A DNA stretch of 64,000 bases from Candidatus Eiseniibacteriota bacterium (GTDB taxonomy: Bacteria; Eisenbacteria; RBG-16-71-46; CAIMUX01; VGJL01): assembly GCA_963792585.1 (NCBI GenBank), contig CAWBWI010000002.1:346160-410159 (forward strand), read 5' to 3'. Positions 1 to 10,544 of the stretch are shown here, piece after piece (positions within the stretch are counted from its first letter, which is position 1; each line of letters starts with the position of its first letter). Both the position numbers and the translations under genes were made by a program. The notes beneath the pieces are model-generated. The model was not told where the DNA came from, made no database searches, and was given only the letters and a program-made list of their open reading frames with translations.

Positions 1-278
1 GGGACCGCAATCGCGCGCGCCACCGTCTCGCCGTCGATGGTCCAAGGGAGGTTCACGGCGCGGCATGCCCTCCCGGATACCGGGCCGGCCACGGCAAAGC
101 ATGCCCGCCGAATCTTCTCCCCGCCTCGAGCCAGGAAGTCCTGGGCCATCCTCGACAGGGAGGGGAACCTCGCGGTTTCCAGCCGTTCTTCACGAAGCGA
201 TAGAACGCGATTCCCCCTACGTTCGAAGACAGCGAGGTATGATTTCGTGCCACCAATGTCCGCGGCCAGGACCCTCAC
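1..278 (-). CDS. glk: Glucokinase, N-terminal part (runs off the window); not in the supplied ORF track
   Basis: Manual translation from GTG at 278 (AGGAGG RBS upstream): MRVLAADIGGTKSYLAVF...ACFAVAGPV...VNLPWTIDG, containing the DIGGT, AGPV and NLPW motifs of Glk. Confidence 0.85.
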   Translation of the reverse strand, partial: MRVLAADIGGTKSYLAVFERRGNRVLSLREERLETARFPSLSRMAQDFLARGGEKIRRACFAVAGPVSGRACRAVNLPWTIDGETVARAIAV

Positions 279-288
279 CGGCTTCCTC

Positions 289-990
289 CTATGGGAGATC
301 GAAGAACAGAATCTCCGCCGGAGCGTCGAGCGTGTGCACGCCGACTTTCGGCTCTTCCTCGATCGCAGCGGCGTCTCCGGCACGGAGCTCCGTCTCACCG
401 ACCTGGCATCGTCCACGGGCCACGTGCAGCCATCCATGTCGACCCGAGCGGAGCGACAGATCGAGAGTCGACTCCGCGTCGAGCAGGGATGCATAGACGT
501 CGGCATCCTGGTGGATCGTCACCGACCCGTCCTTGCCGCCGCCGGAGGCGACCAATCGCATCCGTCCGCGCTTGTCGTCGTCGGAAAAGCGCTTCTGCTC
601 GTACTCCGGTGCAAGCCCCTTCCGGTCGGGGAAGAGCCAGATCTGCAGGAAGTGAACCTGCTCCGATTGCGAAGGATTGAACTCGCTGTGGAGCACGCCG
701 GTCCCGGCGGACATCCTCTGCACGTCGCCGGGGCGGATGATCGAGCCGTTTCCCATGCTGTCCTTGTGCTCGAGCGCCCCTTCAAGGACGTAGGAGATGA
801 TCTCCATGTCGCGGTGTGGATGTGTGCCGAACCCCCGGCCCGGCTGGACCCGGTCCTCGTTGATCACGCGGAGCACGCGATACCCCATATGTTCGGGGTC
901 GTGATAATCAGCGAATGAGAAGGTGTGATACGTGTTGAGCCAGCCGTGATCGAAATGGCCACGATCTTCTCCGCGTCGAATGCGGATCAT
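289..990 (-). CDS. Pirin family protein (YhhW-like)
   Basis: HGWLNTYHTFSFADY, FGTHPHRDMEI, MSAGTGVLHSE and LQIW motifs; start overlaps the upstream stop (TGATG). Confidence 0.92.
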   Translation of the reverse strand: MIRIRRGEDRGHFDHGWLNTYHTFSFADYHDPEHMGYRVLRVINEDRVQPGRGFGTHPHRDMEIISYVLEGALEHKDSMGNGSIIRPGDVQRMSAGTGVLHSEFNPSQSEQVHFLQIWLFPDRKGLAPEYEQKRFSDDDKRGRMRLVASGGGKDGSVTIHQDADVYASLLDAESTLDLSLRSGRHGWLHVARGRCQVGETELRAGDAAAIEEEPKVGVHTLDAPAEILFFDLP

Positions 991-3131
991 CAGTACCTCC
1001 GTATCTCTCGCGCCGCTGCGAGGATCTTCCCGGTATCGGGGAGGATCGCATCCTCGAGCGGCGGGCTGTACGCATAGTGGGTGTCTGGAGTCGTCACCCG
1101 TACGATCGGCGCATCGAGGGCGTCGAACAACTCCTCCGCGACGCGCGCCGCGATCTCGGCGCCGAGGCCCGAGAATCGGCGGTCCTCGTGGACGATCAGC
1201 AGCCGGCCGGTCTTGCGGACGGAGTTGCGGATCGCCTCCATGTCGAGCGGCTTGAGGGTCCTCAGGTCGACGACCTCAGCATCGATTCCCTCCGCCGCGA
1301 GCGTCTCCGCCGCCTCCATGCAAAAGGAGAGGGTCGGGCCGTAGGTGACAATGGAGAGGTGAACCCCTGGGCGCCGAATCGCTGCGACCCCGATCGGCAC
1401 CACGTCCTCCACGGCAGAGAGGTCGGCCCGCTCCCGTCGGTAGAGATACTTGTACTCGAGGAAGATGACCGGATTGTCGTCCCGGATCGCAGACTTGAGG
1501 AGGCCTCTGGCGTCGGCCGCGGTCCCGGGCGCGAGGATCTTGAGTCCGGGGGTCGAGAGGAAGAACGACTCGACGTTCTGGGAATGGAAGAGCCCGCCAT
1601 GGATCCGCGCTCCTGACGGTGCCCGGATGACGAGACGGGGGGCGACCCGTCCAGAGTGACGGTAGCTCATCGTCGCCGCGGTATTCACGATCTGATCGAA
1701 TCCGCACGTGATGAAGTCGGCGAACTGCATCTCCGCGACCGCGCGCATCCCGACGATCCCGGCGCCGACGGCGGCGCCGACGATCAGGGACTCGCTGATC
1801 GGGGTGTCGATCACCCTTTCCTCGCCGTACTTCTCGATCAGCCCCTTGGTCACTCCGAAGGCGCCGCCGAGGGCCCCGATGTCCTCGCCCAACAGGATCA
1901 CGTTCTCGTCGCGTTCCATCTCCTCGTCCAGGGCGCGACGGAGCGCTTCGATGTAGGTCGTACCCTCCTTCGCGCGGATCGCCGGATCGGCCCCGGCCGT
2001 TTGATCCCAGTGCATCGTTCCGTCGGGGATCTCCGCGCGCACGGGGAGGCCTCCTGCGGACTCGGTCGGACCGCTCGTCCGGCGCGGTGGGATCGGATCG
2101 ACCGGCGGACCGGCGGGGACCGTGTTCGGGTTGCACCAGATCGCCTCGAGAGCCTCCTGTGGGTCGGGGAACGGGCTCGCCTCTGCAAAGGTGATGGCCC
2201 GATCGGCGATCTCTCGGGACTTCGCGCGCGTCTCTTCCCGCATGGCGGGGACGTCGTGGCCGCGCTTGGCGAGGTGCAGTTCGAAGAGCTCGATCGGATC
2301 GCGGCCCTCCCACTCGACGAGTTCTTCTTGCTCTCGATAGCGGGCTGGATCATGTTCTGAGTGACCGTGGATCCGGTAGGTGAGGCACTCGATCAGCGTG
2401 GGCCCCTCGCCGGCGCGCGCGCGCCGGGCCGCCTCCTCGGTCACGCTGAGGACGCGGAGCAGATCGTTGCCATTGACCCGAACGCCCTTCATTCCATATG
2501 CCTCTGCGCGCTCAGCCACGGTCTCGACCGGCATCTGGAGCCGGGTCGGGGTCGAGTAGGCGTAGAAGTTGTTCTCGCAGAGGAAGAGGACCGGCAGCTT
2601 GTGGATGCCAGCGAAGTTCAGCGCCTCGTGGAAGTCGCCGCGACTCGAGGCCCCCTCGCCGAAGAGGGCCACGGATACATTCGGGCGTCGCCGGATCTTG
2701 AACGCGAGCGCCACGCCGGTCGCGACCGGAAGGGTTGCTCCGAGCATGCTGGTCGCGCCGATCACCCCTTTGCCGGGATCTCCCGTGTGCAGGAACGAGT
2801 CTCGGCCGCCGGAGAGCCCGTCCCGCCGGCCCAGCAGGCCGGCCATCAGAATGCCGGGATCGATGCCGCGTAGGATCGGTACGCCGAGATCACGGTGGAG
2901 CGGAAAGATGAGATCGCCGTCCTGCAGAACGTGACAGATCCCAACCTGGATCGCCTCCTGCCCTCGTCCGGAATAGGCGCCGCCGACGATCTTCCCCTGC
3001 TTGTGCAGGATCGAGACCCGGTCATCGAACTCGCGCACGAGGCAGAGCGCCTCATACAGCTCGCGATCGGGGCGGGGTGCGGACGTTCGGGGAGCGCCGG
3101 TGGTCCTGCCCGCCTTGCCTCTCGATGCCAT
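990..3131 (-). CDS. Fused 2-oxoacid dehydrogenase E1 alpha+beta subunit (TPP-dependent)
   Basis: Alpha half: GEGASSRGDFHEALN, ENNFYA, TYRIHGHSEHD. Beta half: GEDIG, DTPISE, EMQFADF, HSQNVE, VVDLRTLKPLD. Start placed at MASRG by RBS. Confidence 0.9.
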   Translation of the reverse strand: MASRGKAGRTTGAPRTSAPRPDRELYEALCLVREFDDRVSILHKQGKIVGGAYSGRGQEAIQVGICHVLQDGDLIFPLHRDLGVPILRGIDPGILMAGLLGRRDGLSGGRDSFLHTGDPGKGVIGATSMLGATLPVATGVALAFKIRRRPNVSVALFGEGASSRGDFHEALNFAGIHKLPVLFLCENNFYAYSTPTRLQMPVETVAERAEAYGMKGVRVNGNDLLRVLSVTEEAARRARAGEGPTLIECLTYRIHGHSEHDPARYREQEELVEWEGRDPIELFELHLAKRGHDVPAMREETRAKSREIADRAITFAEASPFPDPQEALEAIWCNPNTVPAGPPVDPIPPRRTSGPTESAGGLPVRAEIPDGTMHWDQTAGADPAIRAKEGTTYIEALRRALDEEMERDENVILLGEDIGALGGAFGVTKGLIEKYGEERVIDTPISESLIVGAAVGAGIVGMRAVAEMQFADFITCGFDQIVNTAATMSYRHSGRVAPRLVIRAPSGARIHGGLFHSQNVESFFLSTPGLKILAPGTAADARGLLKSAIRDDNPVIFLEYKYLYRRERADLSAVEDVVPIGVAAIRRPGVHLSIVTYGPTLSFCMEAAETLAAEGIDAEVVDLRTLKPLDMEAIRNSVRKTGRLLIVHEDRRFSGLGAEIAARVAEELFDALDAPIVRVTTPDTHYAYSPPLEDAILPDTGKILAAAREIRRY

Positions 3132-3289
3132 CGATTGACCTCTCTTTCGTCGGCGGCCCATCCGCTGGACTTGGAAGTCTAACGTCCGCGCCCCCGACTT
3201 GCATCCTCCCGGTCATCGGGCGCAAAGCCGAAGTCATGGGGGTAGGCGGTCTTGCCGATCATACGTCCGGGGGGTACGATCCGGCGCGA

Positions 3290-6200
3290 ATGACCACTGA
3301 AGAAGCCTGCCGCGCCATCGAATCCGAGTTCTCCGTCGCGCTCGGGAATCCGGATCGCGTTGCCGTGGCTTGTGGAATCCTGCGGGAGGGGCTCCGTGGC
3401 GGGCTGGAGCCCGAGTCCCTCGTCCGCCTGACCCCTTTGCTCGAAAGGCGCTCCGGCGCGATCCTTCGACCACTCTTCGAGCTCTTCGAGGATGCGGTCC
3501 GAAGGGCATCGGATCCAGACCCGATCCTGATCGGCATGCTGGGAGTGAGGGACGGGGACCTGAGCCGCAGAGTCCTCGATCGGACCCTCGAGCTGGGGGA
3601 AACGGGTCGTGCCGAAGTCGGGGAGGACTTCGCCTCCAGGCTTGCCGAGACGGTCGAGAGGGAGGGAAGTCCCCTCGTCGACGCGAATTCCCTCGCGAAG
3701 ATCGGTCGAATCCTGCGAATCGCCTCCTGGGTGGAGCCCCGGCCCGGCCTCGAGCCGTGTGTGGACCTGTACCTTCATGCCTCCACGCGCTCCGTGCGCC
3801 GACTTGCCGCGCGGCTACTCGACAACGAGGCTGCGCCGCCGCCGAAGCGGGTCGAGGCGATGCTCGGGCGCGAGGCGTACCGGTTCCTGGCCCCCTATCT
3901 GGCCTACGCGCAGGCAACCCATCTGGATCTCCTCGAACTCGCGGGAAACGGGCGTCTTTCCGATCATCTCCTTGAGGACTTGGCCTCTGCGGAGGTGATT
4001 CTCGGTGAGCGGCTCCTGCGTGAGGTGATCGTGGCGGCCGGCTGGGCCCGGCTGAATCTAGGCATCGAGGTGCGCGAACGGGTCGGGCTCAGCGTGGACG
4101 GCTCGTTCCCTTTGGCCCTCTCTCCTTCCGAAGCGAAGCTGATCGAGTCTTGCGCGGGGGTTCGGCGGACCTGGCGGCGTTTCCTCGTCCTCGTCCATGG
4201 AGGTGGTGTCGGGGGAGAGACGCCCGGCGTTTCTGCGGACAGTCCCGTGCGCCGCTTTCGGGCCTACAACCTGGCGCATGCCGAGGCCCTAGGCGAGATC
4301 CTGAGTGTGGAGCCCCTTTCCAAGGAACGGATCGAGCGAATCGTCACCCTGTCGGATCGCCTCGTGGAGGACTTCGTTTCCCTCTTCTCCGGATTCGACG
4401 AGGAGGCGGCAGACCTGCCGAGTGCCTACGCGCCGATGCGCCGGGCCGTGCTCGAGTCGGTCGCCGCGTACTCAGGCGGCGCGCCTCCGTCCAAACTGAC
4501 CCGGCTCGTGCAGATGTTCGAGGACCCGCGATCGCTTACCGAGGTCCACACCCTGCACGGTTTGAAGCGCTACCTTCACCAGAAGGGACTGAAGCTCGGC
4601 TTTCGTCTCGTCGAGACGGGGCGCGCGACGAATCGGACCGTCGATCTCCTGCTCGTCGGATCCGAGAAGATCCAATCGATCGTACGGAAGATCCAGTACG
4701 TCGACTTCGAGCCGGATGAGGACGATGGAAACGAGGGGGCGCGTGTTCCGTATCCAGTCCAGATCGTCGCAGAGGGAATGGGACGACACATTCTCCACGA
4801 CGCCACCTCCTTTCCGGACGTGAAGATCTTCTGCTATGGCAATGAGGTCCACTACTACGCCTCCTACGGCACCCACCCCGCGTTCCTTCGGATTGACTTC
4901 GCTCCACCGGTTCGGGGAGGGATGATCGACCTTGAGTACTACGGCGTGAGCAAGAATGACCTCGATCACCATCCGGCTCCTCAGCTCGATGCGATCCGGC
5001 TCTTCTTCCGGGGAATGGAATTCGACTGCACGGTTGCCCGCACCCGGATCCATGCGCGCTACGACAAGGAGCGGGCGGGCGACCTCGGCGATCTCTGCGC
5101 GAAAGCCGAAGGACTCTTCCGACTCCTTCCCCTTCTCATGGATATCGATTGGGTCATCGGCTCCCTCCATCTCGATGAGGAGGCGCGGGGAAAGGTGGCG
5201 GCCTCGTGGTGCGACTTCTTCCTTCGCTGGGGGGTCCTTCCGATCGAGCAGTTCCTGACAGCGGATCGACTCGGAATTCTCACGGGAGTCGCGCCCGATC
5301 CCGCCGGCGGGAATCCAATTGCCTGGTCGGGACGGGGAGCCTATCAGGACCGATTCTCATCGACCGCGCCCGCGCGTCTGGCGCTCGAGATGGTGAACGC
5401 TCTCGGGCGACATGGACTCTCCGAGGTCGTGCCGTTCGTGGACACCGCCCCGCGATCCTTCGGCCAACTGACGCTTGAGAGGGACGTCCTTCGCCCGCTC
5501 CGGGATGCGGTCGCCCGCGGAGAGCTGCTCGAGGGGCCGGGCGGGCTCGAACCCGCCACGGGACGTTTCCGGCGCGACCATGAGGCCGAGAGGTTCGCGG
5601 CGCTCCTGCAGGAAGGCGGAGAGGGAATCGTCCTGGCAGCGGAACTCGCGCGGCTCATCGGAAGTATCGAACGGTCGATTCGGTTTCGTGCGACGGGAAA
5701 TGTGAACGGGTACGAGGTCGCACGGGCTTGCCTGGAGCTTCGCGGCGAGACGGCGGCCGCCTATGTGCTGCGCGACCGAAGCGGGATGGCGCGGCTGGCC
5801 ATCTTTGCCCGAGAGGGGCGGCTGTTCTCGTCGCGCGCATCCGACGGCGGCCTGTGGCGGTCCAATGGAACCATCGATGCTGTGCGGGTTGTCTCCCACC
5901 TCAGACGGGCGACCTACCTCTCCGCAGGGACCACAGTCGCGTCGCCGGAAGACGTCGACGCGCTGCGGGATCTCTTCGCGTCTCCGAACCCAATCCGCAG
6001 CGCCTCCCCGGTGCCGGGCGAACGCGTGCTCGCAGGGGTGCGAGCTGCGCCGGGGAGAGCCTCTGGACCGGCGGTCCTCGGGACGCTGGGCCGCACTCCC
6101 GCGGATCTCGAGGGGGCGATTCTCGTCTCCGCAAGCGTTCGTACCGATGACAACGCCTTCATCTATCACTCGGCCGGAATCGTCTCCACGGGCGGCGGAA

Positions 6201-8278
6201 TCCTCAGCCACGCCGGTTTGCTCGCGCTGCAGTTCCAGAAACCGGCACTCCTGATCGACGCGGGCTGGGATGAGGCAGGGCGCGCCCTGGTCTACCGCTC
6301 GGGGGAGTACGAAGAGGAGCGCTCCAGCAGGGGAGCATTCTCGTTTGCGGCGAGAAGGAACCTGCGCGAGCGGGAGGAGCGAATCGTCGACGGGGACATC
6401 CTCGAACTCGATGTCGAAGAGGGATTGCTCCGCAATCTGGGCAGGGAACCCGACGCCCTCGCCCTCCACGAGGGACTTCGTCAGATGAACCTGGCGGGTC
6501 GCTCGCAGTCCCAGGCGACCGGAGACGCGCAGTTGCTGGCCCTGCGCGGCCAACGCCTGCGGGCCCGTCATCAACTCGAGCGTCTCTTCCGCCGCCTGCG
6601 GGATCCGAATCTCGCCCGTCATGCCGTTCGCGAGCTGTTCACCGGGTCGGCCTCGACGGGCGGCGCGCGCGGCGAGTGCGCGGCCCTGGTCGTGCTGCTG
6701 CTGGAGAATCGATCCGTGGCCGACGCGGCAAAGGACTGTGTGGCGGGCGTCCTTCGGGATCTGGAGGGGCGAGATCGGACATGTGTCGAAGAGGCCCGCA
6801 CGCGCATCCCGATGACGACCGACCCCCATGAGGTCCTATCGCTCCGCCTCGATGCGACGCGTGCCCGAGAGCGTCTACGGGAGGCGCTCTCGATGGCGGC
6901 CGCGAGCGGGCTCGAGCAGGCATGGATTGGGGCCGGGGGAGAACCGTCGTCGGTGGATGCGATCGACGCTCTCGCGCGGGGCAGGTTGGATGCGATTCGG
7001 GAAGGTCTAATTCACGAGCTCAAGGCCGCGACCCTCGGACATCTACGCAGGCACCTGCTGCGCAGGATCGGAACCCTCGACTCCGTGCTGGATGTTCCCG
7101 CGGCGGATGTGGGAGGACTCCTCGTCACCGCCCGTGAACTCCAAGCTGAAGAGAATCTGATGAAGGCCCGAATGGGAGACCGCGTGGTCCTAAGTGCCGG
7201 AGATGCGGGGCTCGAACTCGCGCCCCTGATCGGAATGAAGGCAGCGAACCTCTCCGAGATCGGCCGTGTCCTCGGTCCCGATGCGGTGCCCGACTGGTTC
7301 GTCGTCACGGATGCGGCGCTCGAGGCAATCCTCGATGTTCCGGTCGAAACAGAGGGGGGATCTCCTCGGCTGCGGGACGCGATCGACGAGATCCTCAGTC
7401 TCCCCGGGGCGAATGAGGTGCAAAAAGCCTCCCTGATACACAAACTGTGGTCGAGCATCAAGATTCCGGAGCGGATCGAGAGGGCCGTCGCCGATGCCTA
7501 CCGCCTCCTCGGGGCGCAGGATCCGCCGGAATCCGAGGAGGGCGCGGGCAGAACGCCGGTCGCCGTTCGCTCCTCCGGGCGGGAGGAGGACACGGAGAGA
7601 GTCGCGGGCGCAGGGGAGTTCGACACATTCCTCTTCGTGCGCGGGGAACGGGAGGTCCTCGACACCATACGGCGGGTCTGGAGCGGGCTCTGGAGCGAGC
7701 GCGCGATCCACAACCGCGCCGTCCTCGGGGCCACCGCGTTTGGATCGGGAGGTGGCGTTCTCGTGCAGAGGATCTGCTGGTCGAGGGTCTCGGGAGTTCT
7801 GACGACCATCAACGTGGGGGAGGGCCGGATGCGGGAGATGGTCGTCAACGGGGGGCTCGGACTCGGCGAGGGAATCGTCTCGGGAGAGGTTGGCGCTGAT
7901 CAGGTCATCGTCGCGAAGGTAGAGGAGCCCGATGAGAGTCCCTTGCGCTTCCGCTATCTCACGAACGACAAACGGGAGAAAGTCGTTTTCGATCGCAGAC
8001 GCGGACAGGGGACCGTTCGGGTCGAGACCCTGTACCATGAACGCTTCCGGCCCGCCCTCGAGTACGTCGAGCTTTGCGAACTCGTCCGCGCCGCGACACG
8101 CCTCGAGCGCGTCTACGGCCATCCGCTCGACATCGAATTCGGAATCGAGGGTGACCGACTGCGGCTCCTACAGGCCCGCCCCGTGACCCGAACGGCGGCG
8201 ATTCTGCGGGAGACGATCGACCGCCACCCCCTGTCCGCCCCCCGCACGGAGCGAGGCGAAGGGAAGGAGACACGATGA
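3290..8278 (+). CDS. Large PEP-utilising/dikinase-family protein: long N-terminal region, phosphohistidine swivel domain, C-terminal ATP-grasp (PPDK_N-type) domain
   Basis: STGGGILSHAGLLA (His codon 6209-6211); IGMKAANL, VAVRSSGREED, GEGIVSG, DIEF and LLQARP in the last ~350 aa; start uncertain (ORF open from 3077). Confidence 0.8.
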   Translation: MTTEEACRAIESEFSVALGNPDRVAVACGILREGLRGGLEPESLVRLTPLLERRSGAILRPLFELFEDAVRRASDPDPILIGMLGVRDGDLSRRVLDRTLELGETGRAEVGEDFASRLAETVEREGSPLVDANSLAKIGRILRIASWVEPRPGLEPCVDLYLHASTRSVRRLAARLLDNEAAPPPKRVEAMLGREAYRFLAPYLAYAQATHLDLLELAGNGRLSDHLLEDLASAEVILGERLLREVIVAAGWARLNLGIEVRERVGLSVDGSFPLALSPSEAKLIESCAGVRRTWRRFLVLVHGGGVGGETPGVSADSPVRRFRAYNLAHAEALGEILSVEPLSKERIERIVTLSDRLVEDFVSLFSGFDEEAADLPSAYAPMRRAVLESVAAYSGGAPPSKLTRLVQMFEDPRSLTEVHTLHGLKRYLHQKGLKLGFRLVETGRATNRTVDLLLVGSEKIQSIVRKIQYVDFEPDEDDGNEGARVPYPVQIVAEGMGRHILHDATSFPDVKIFCYGNEVHYYASYGTHPAFLRIDFAPPVRGGMIDLEYYGVSKNDLDHHPAPQLDAIRLFFRGMEFDCTVARTRIHARYDKERAGDLGDLCAKAEGLFRLLPLLMDIDWVIGSLHLDEEARGKVAASWCDFFLRWGVLPIEQFLTADRLGILTGVAPDPAGGNPIAWSGRGAYQDRFSSTAPARLALEMVNALGRHGLSEVVPFVDTAPRSFGQLTLERDVLRPLRDAVARGELLEGPGGLEPATGRFRRDHEAERFAALLQEGGEGIVLAAELARLIGSIERSIRFRATGNVNGYEVARACLELRGETAAAYVLRDRSGMARLAIFAREGRLFSSRASDGGLWRSNGTIDAVRVVSHLRRATYLSAGTTVASPEDVDALRDLFASPNPIRSASPVPGERVLAGVRAAPGRASGPAVLGTLGRTPADLEGAILVSASVRTDDNAFIYHSAGIVSTGGGILSHAGLLALQFQKPALLIDAGWDEAGRALVYRSGEYEEERSSRGAFSFAARRNLREREERIVDGDILELDVEEGLLRNLGREPDALALHEGLRQMNLAGRSQSQATGDAQLLALRGQRLRARHQLERLFRRLRDPNLARHAVRELFTGSASTGGARGECAALVVLLLENRSVADAAKDCVAGVLRDLEGRDRTCVEEARTRIPMTTDPHEVLSLRLDATRARERLREALSMAAASGLEQAWIGAGGEPSSVDAIDALARGRLDAIREGLIHELKAATLGHLRRHLLRRIGTLDSVLDVPAADVGGLLVTARELQAEENLMKARMGDRVVLSAGDAGLELAPLIGMKAANLSEIGRVLGPDAVPDWFVVTDAALEAILDVPVETEGGSPRLRDAIDEILSLPGANEVQKASLIHKLWSSIKIPERIERAVADAYRLLGAQDPPESEEGAGRTPVAVRSSGREEDTERVAGAGEFDTFLFVRGEREVLDTIRRVWSGLWSERAIHNRAVLGATAFGSGGGVLVQRICWSRVSGVLTTINVGEGRMREMVVNGGLGLGEGIVSGEVGADQVIVAKVEEPDESPLRFRYLTNDKREKVVFDRRRGQGTVRVETLYHERFRPALEYVELCELVRAATRLERVYGHPLDIEFGIEGDRLRLLQARPVTRTAAILRETIDRHPLSAPRTERGEGKETR

Positions 8279-10544
8279 TCCGTCGAGAGGAGTCGCTCGA
8301 GTACCATGGCGGCCTGCGTCCCGGGAAGATCGAGCTTCGCGCGATCAAGCCGTGCCTCTCCCCGCGAGAGATGCGCCTGGCATATCTTCCGGGTGCGGCG
8401 ATTCCCGTCCGCCGCAGATCGCGGCCGACCCGAGAGCGGCCTTCCTCTACACGTCGCGCGGCAACCTCGTCGGGGTCGTGACGAACGGCTCGGCCGTTCC
8501 GGGCCTGGGAGATGTCGGGCCGATCGCGGCCAAGCCGATGCAGGAGGGGATCGCGATCCTCTTCAAGCGGCTCGCCGACATCGACGTCTTCGACCTGGAG
8601 CTCGACACGCGCGACCCCGACGCGCTTCGTGGAGACAGTCCGGATGCTGCGCCCCGACGTTCGGGGGGATCAACCTGAAGGACCTCGCGCGCCCCGGACG
8701 GGCTCCTGGCATCTACGACCGTCTCCGCGATGCGCTCGACATCCCCGTCTTCCACGAGAACCTCTACAGCACGGCCGTCGTGGCGGCGGCGGCCCTCTCG
8801 AACGCGCTCGGAGCTGGTGGAGAAGGAGATCTGCCGCCGTCCGCGTGGTCATCTGCGGGGCCGGAACGGTCGGGATCGGCTGCGCCCGTTTGCTCCTTCG
8901 ACTCGGCGTCGATCCGAGAACCTCCTCGTCTACGACGTACGCGGGCTCATCCATCCCGCAGCGGACGACCTCACCGAGTACCAGCGCGCCTTCGCCGCGG
9001 GGAGCGAGCGCGCGCGCGTTGGGCGAGGGTCTGCGGGGCGCGGACGTCTTCCTCGGCGCCTCCGCCGGCGGGGTCCTCACCCAGGAGATGGTCCGGCTCG
9101 ATGGCCCGCTTCCCGATCGTCTTCGCGCTCGCGACGCCGGAGCCGGAGATCGGCTACGAGGAGGCGCGCGCGAGCCGTCGCGACGTGATCGTGGCGACGA
9201 GCCTCGGGGAGCACCCGAACGCGGTCGTCCGATCTTCTGAGCTTCCCCTACGTCTTCCGTGGCGCGCTCGACGTCCAGGCGACCCGGATCACCGAGGGAA
9301 TGCTGCTGGCCGCGGCCCGCTCGCTCGCGGACCTTGCCCGCGAGGATGTCGTCGAGGAGGTGAGCCGCGCCTACGGCGACGAGCGTTTCAGCTTCGGTCC
9401 GGAGTACCTCCTCCCCAAACCCGATCGATCCGAGGATCCTCGTGCGGGAGTCAGCGGCCGTCGCGGCACAGGCGATCGCCGAAGGGGTGGCCCGGCGACC
9501 CCTGGAGATCGAGGCCTACCAGGAGAGCCTCGCGCGTCCGTCTCGGGACCGGCCGCGAGACGCATGCGTCAGCTGATCCTCAAGGCGCGGCAAGAGCGCA
9601 AGCGCGTCGTCTTCCCCGAGGGAACCAACGAGGACGATCCTGCGCGCCTGTCACATCCTCGAGGACGAGGGAATCGCGACCCCGATCCTGCTCGGGAGCG
9701 AGGACGAGGTCCGGTCCGAGATCGCAGCGGCTCGGCGTCGACCTGGGCGGCATCACGATCGTCGATCCCGCCCGGAGCCCCCGTTACGAGGCCTATGTCG
9801 ACGAGTACTTTCGACCTGCGGCGCCGCCGCGGGGTCACCGCCGCGTCGGCGCGGACTCACGCGGCTGCGGCCGGAGCACTTCGGCGCGCTGATGCTGCGC
9901 GGAGGAGACGCCGACATGATGATCTCCGGAGTCACGGCCCACTACGTCGACTCGCTCCGGACGGTCCTCGAATGTGATCGGCACGGCGCCCGGTACCCGG
10001 CGCGTCTCGAGCCACTACATGGTCCTCCTCCCCAAGGAGGTCTACTTCCTCGCCGACTGCGCGGTGAACATCGATCCGGACGCGGAGGACCTCGCGGAGA
10101 TCGCTTTGCTCGCGTCGCGGATGGTCCGTTCGCTGGGCATCGAGCCGCGGATCGCGATGCTCTCCTTCTCGAACTTCGGGAGCGTCGACCACCCGCATCG
10201 CCGTGCAGCGTCCGCCGGGCCACGGAGCGCGTGAAGGAGCGAGCCCCGGAACTCGTCGTCGATGGCGAGATGCAGCTCGCGACGGCCGTCGACGGCGACG
10301 ATCCGGCAGCGCTTACTTCCCGTTCTCGGATCTGAAGAAGGACGCCAACGTTCTCATCTTCCCCGACCTGCAGTCGGGAAACCTCGCCCTGCACCTGCTG
10401 CAGCACATGGGGGAGGCGGTGCTGGTCGGGCCCGTCCTGATGGGGACCGCCCACCCCGTTCACCTGCTCCAGTACGGCAGCTCGGTCGAGAGCATCGTCA
10501 ATCTGACGACGATGGGGATCGTCCAGGCCGCGGCGAAACGATAG
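8275..10544 (+). CDS. MaeB-like protein (malic-enzyme fold + phosphotransacetylase-like domain), broken by many frameshifts (probably sequencing indels); catalytic residues substituted
   Basis: Successive frames give [117 protein letters not shown] overlap with the upstream gene. Confidence 0.85.

Noticed and set aside
8275..10544. Programmed frameshifting or true pseudogenisation of the MaeB-like gene
   Set aside because: Numerous single-base indels with well-preserved codons between them fit long-read error; cannot be settled without reads
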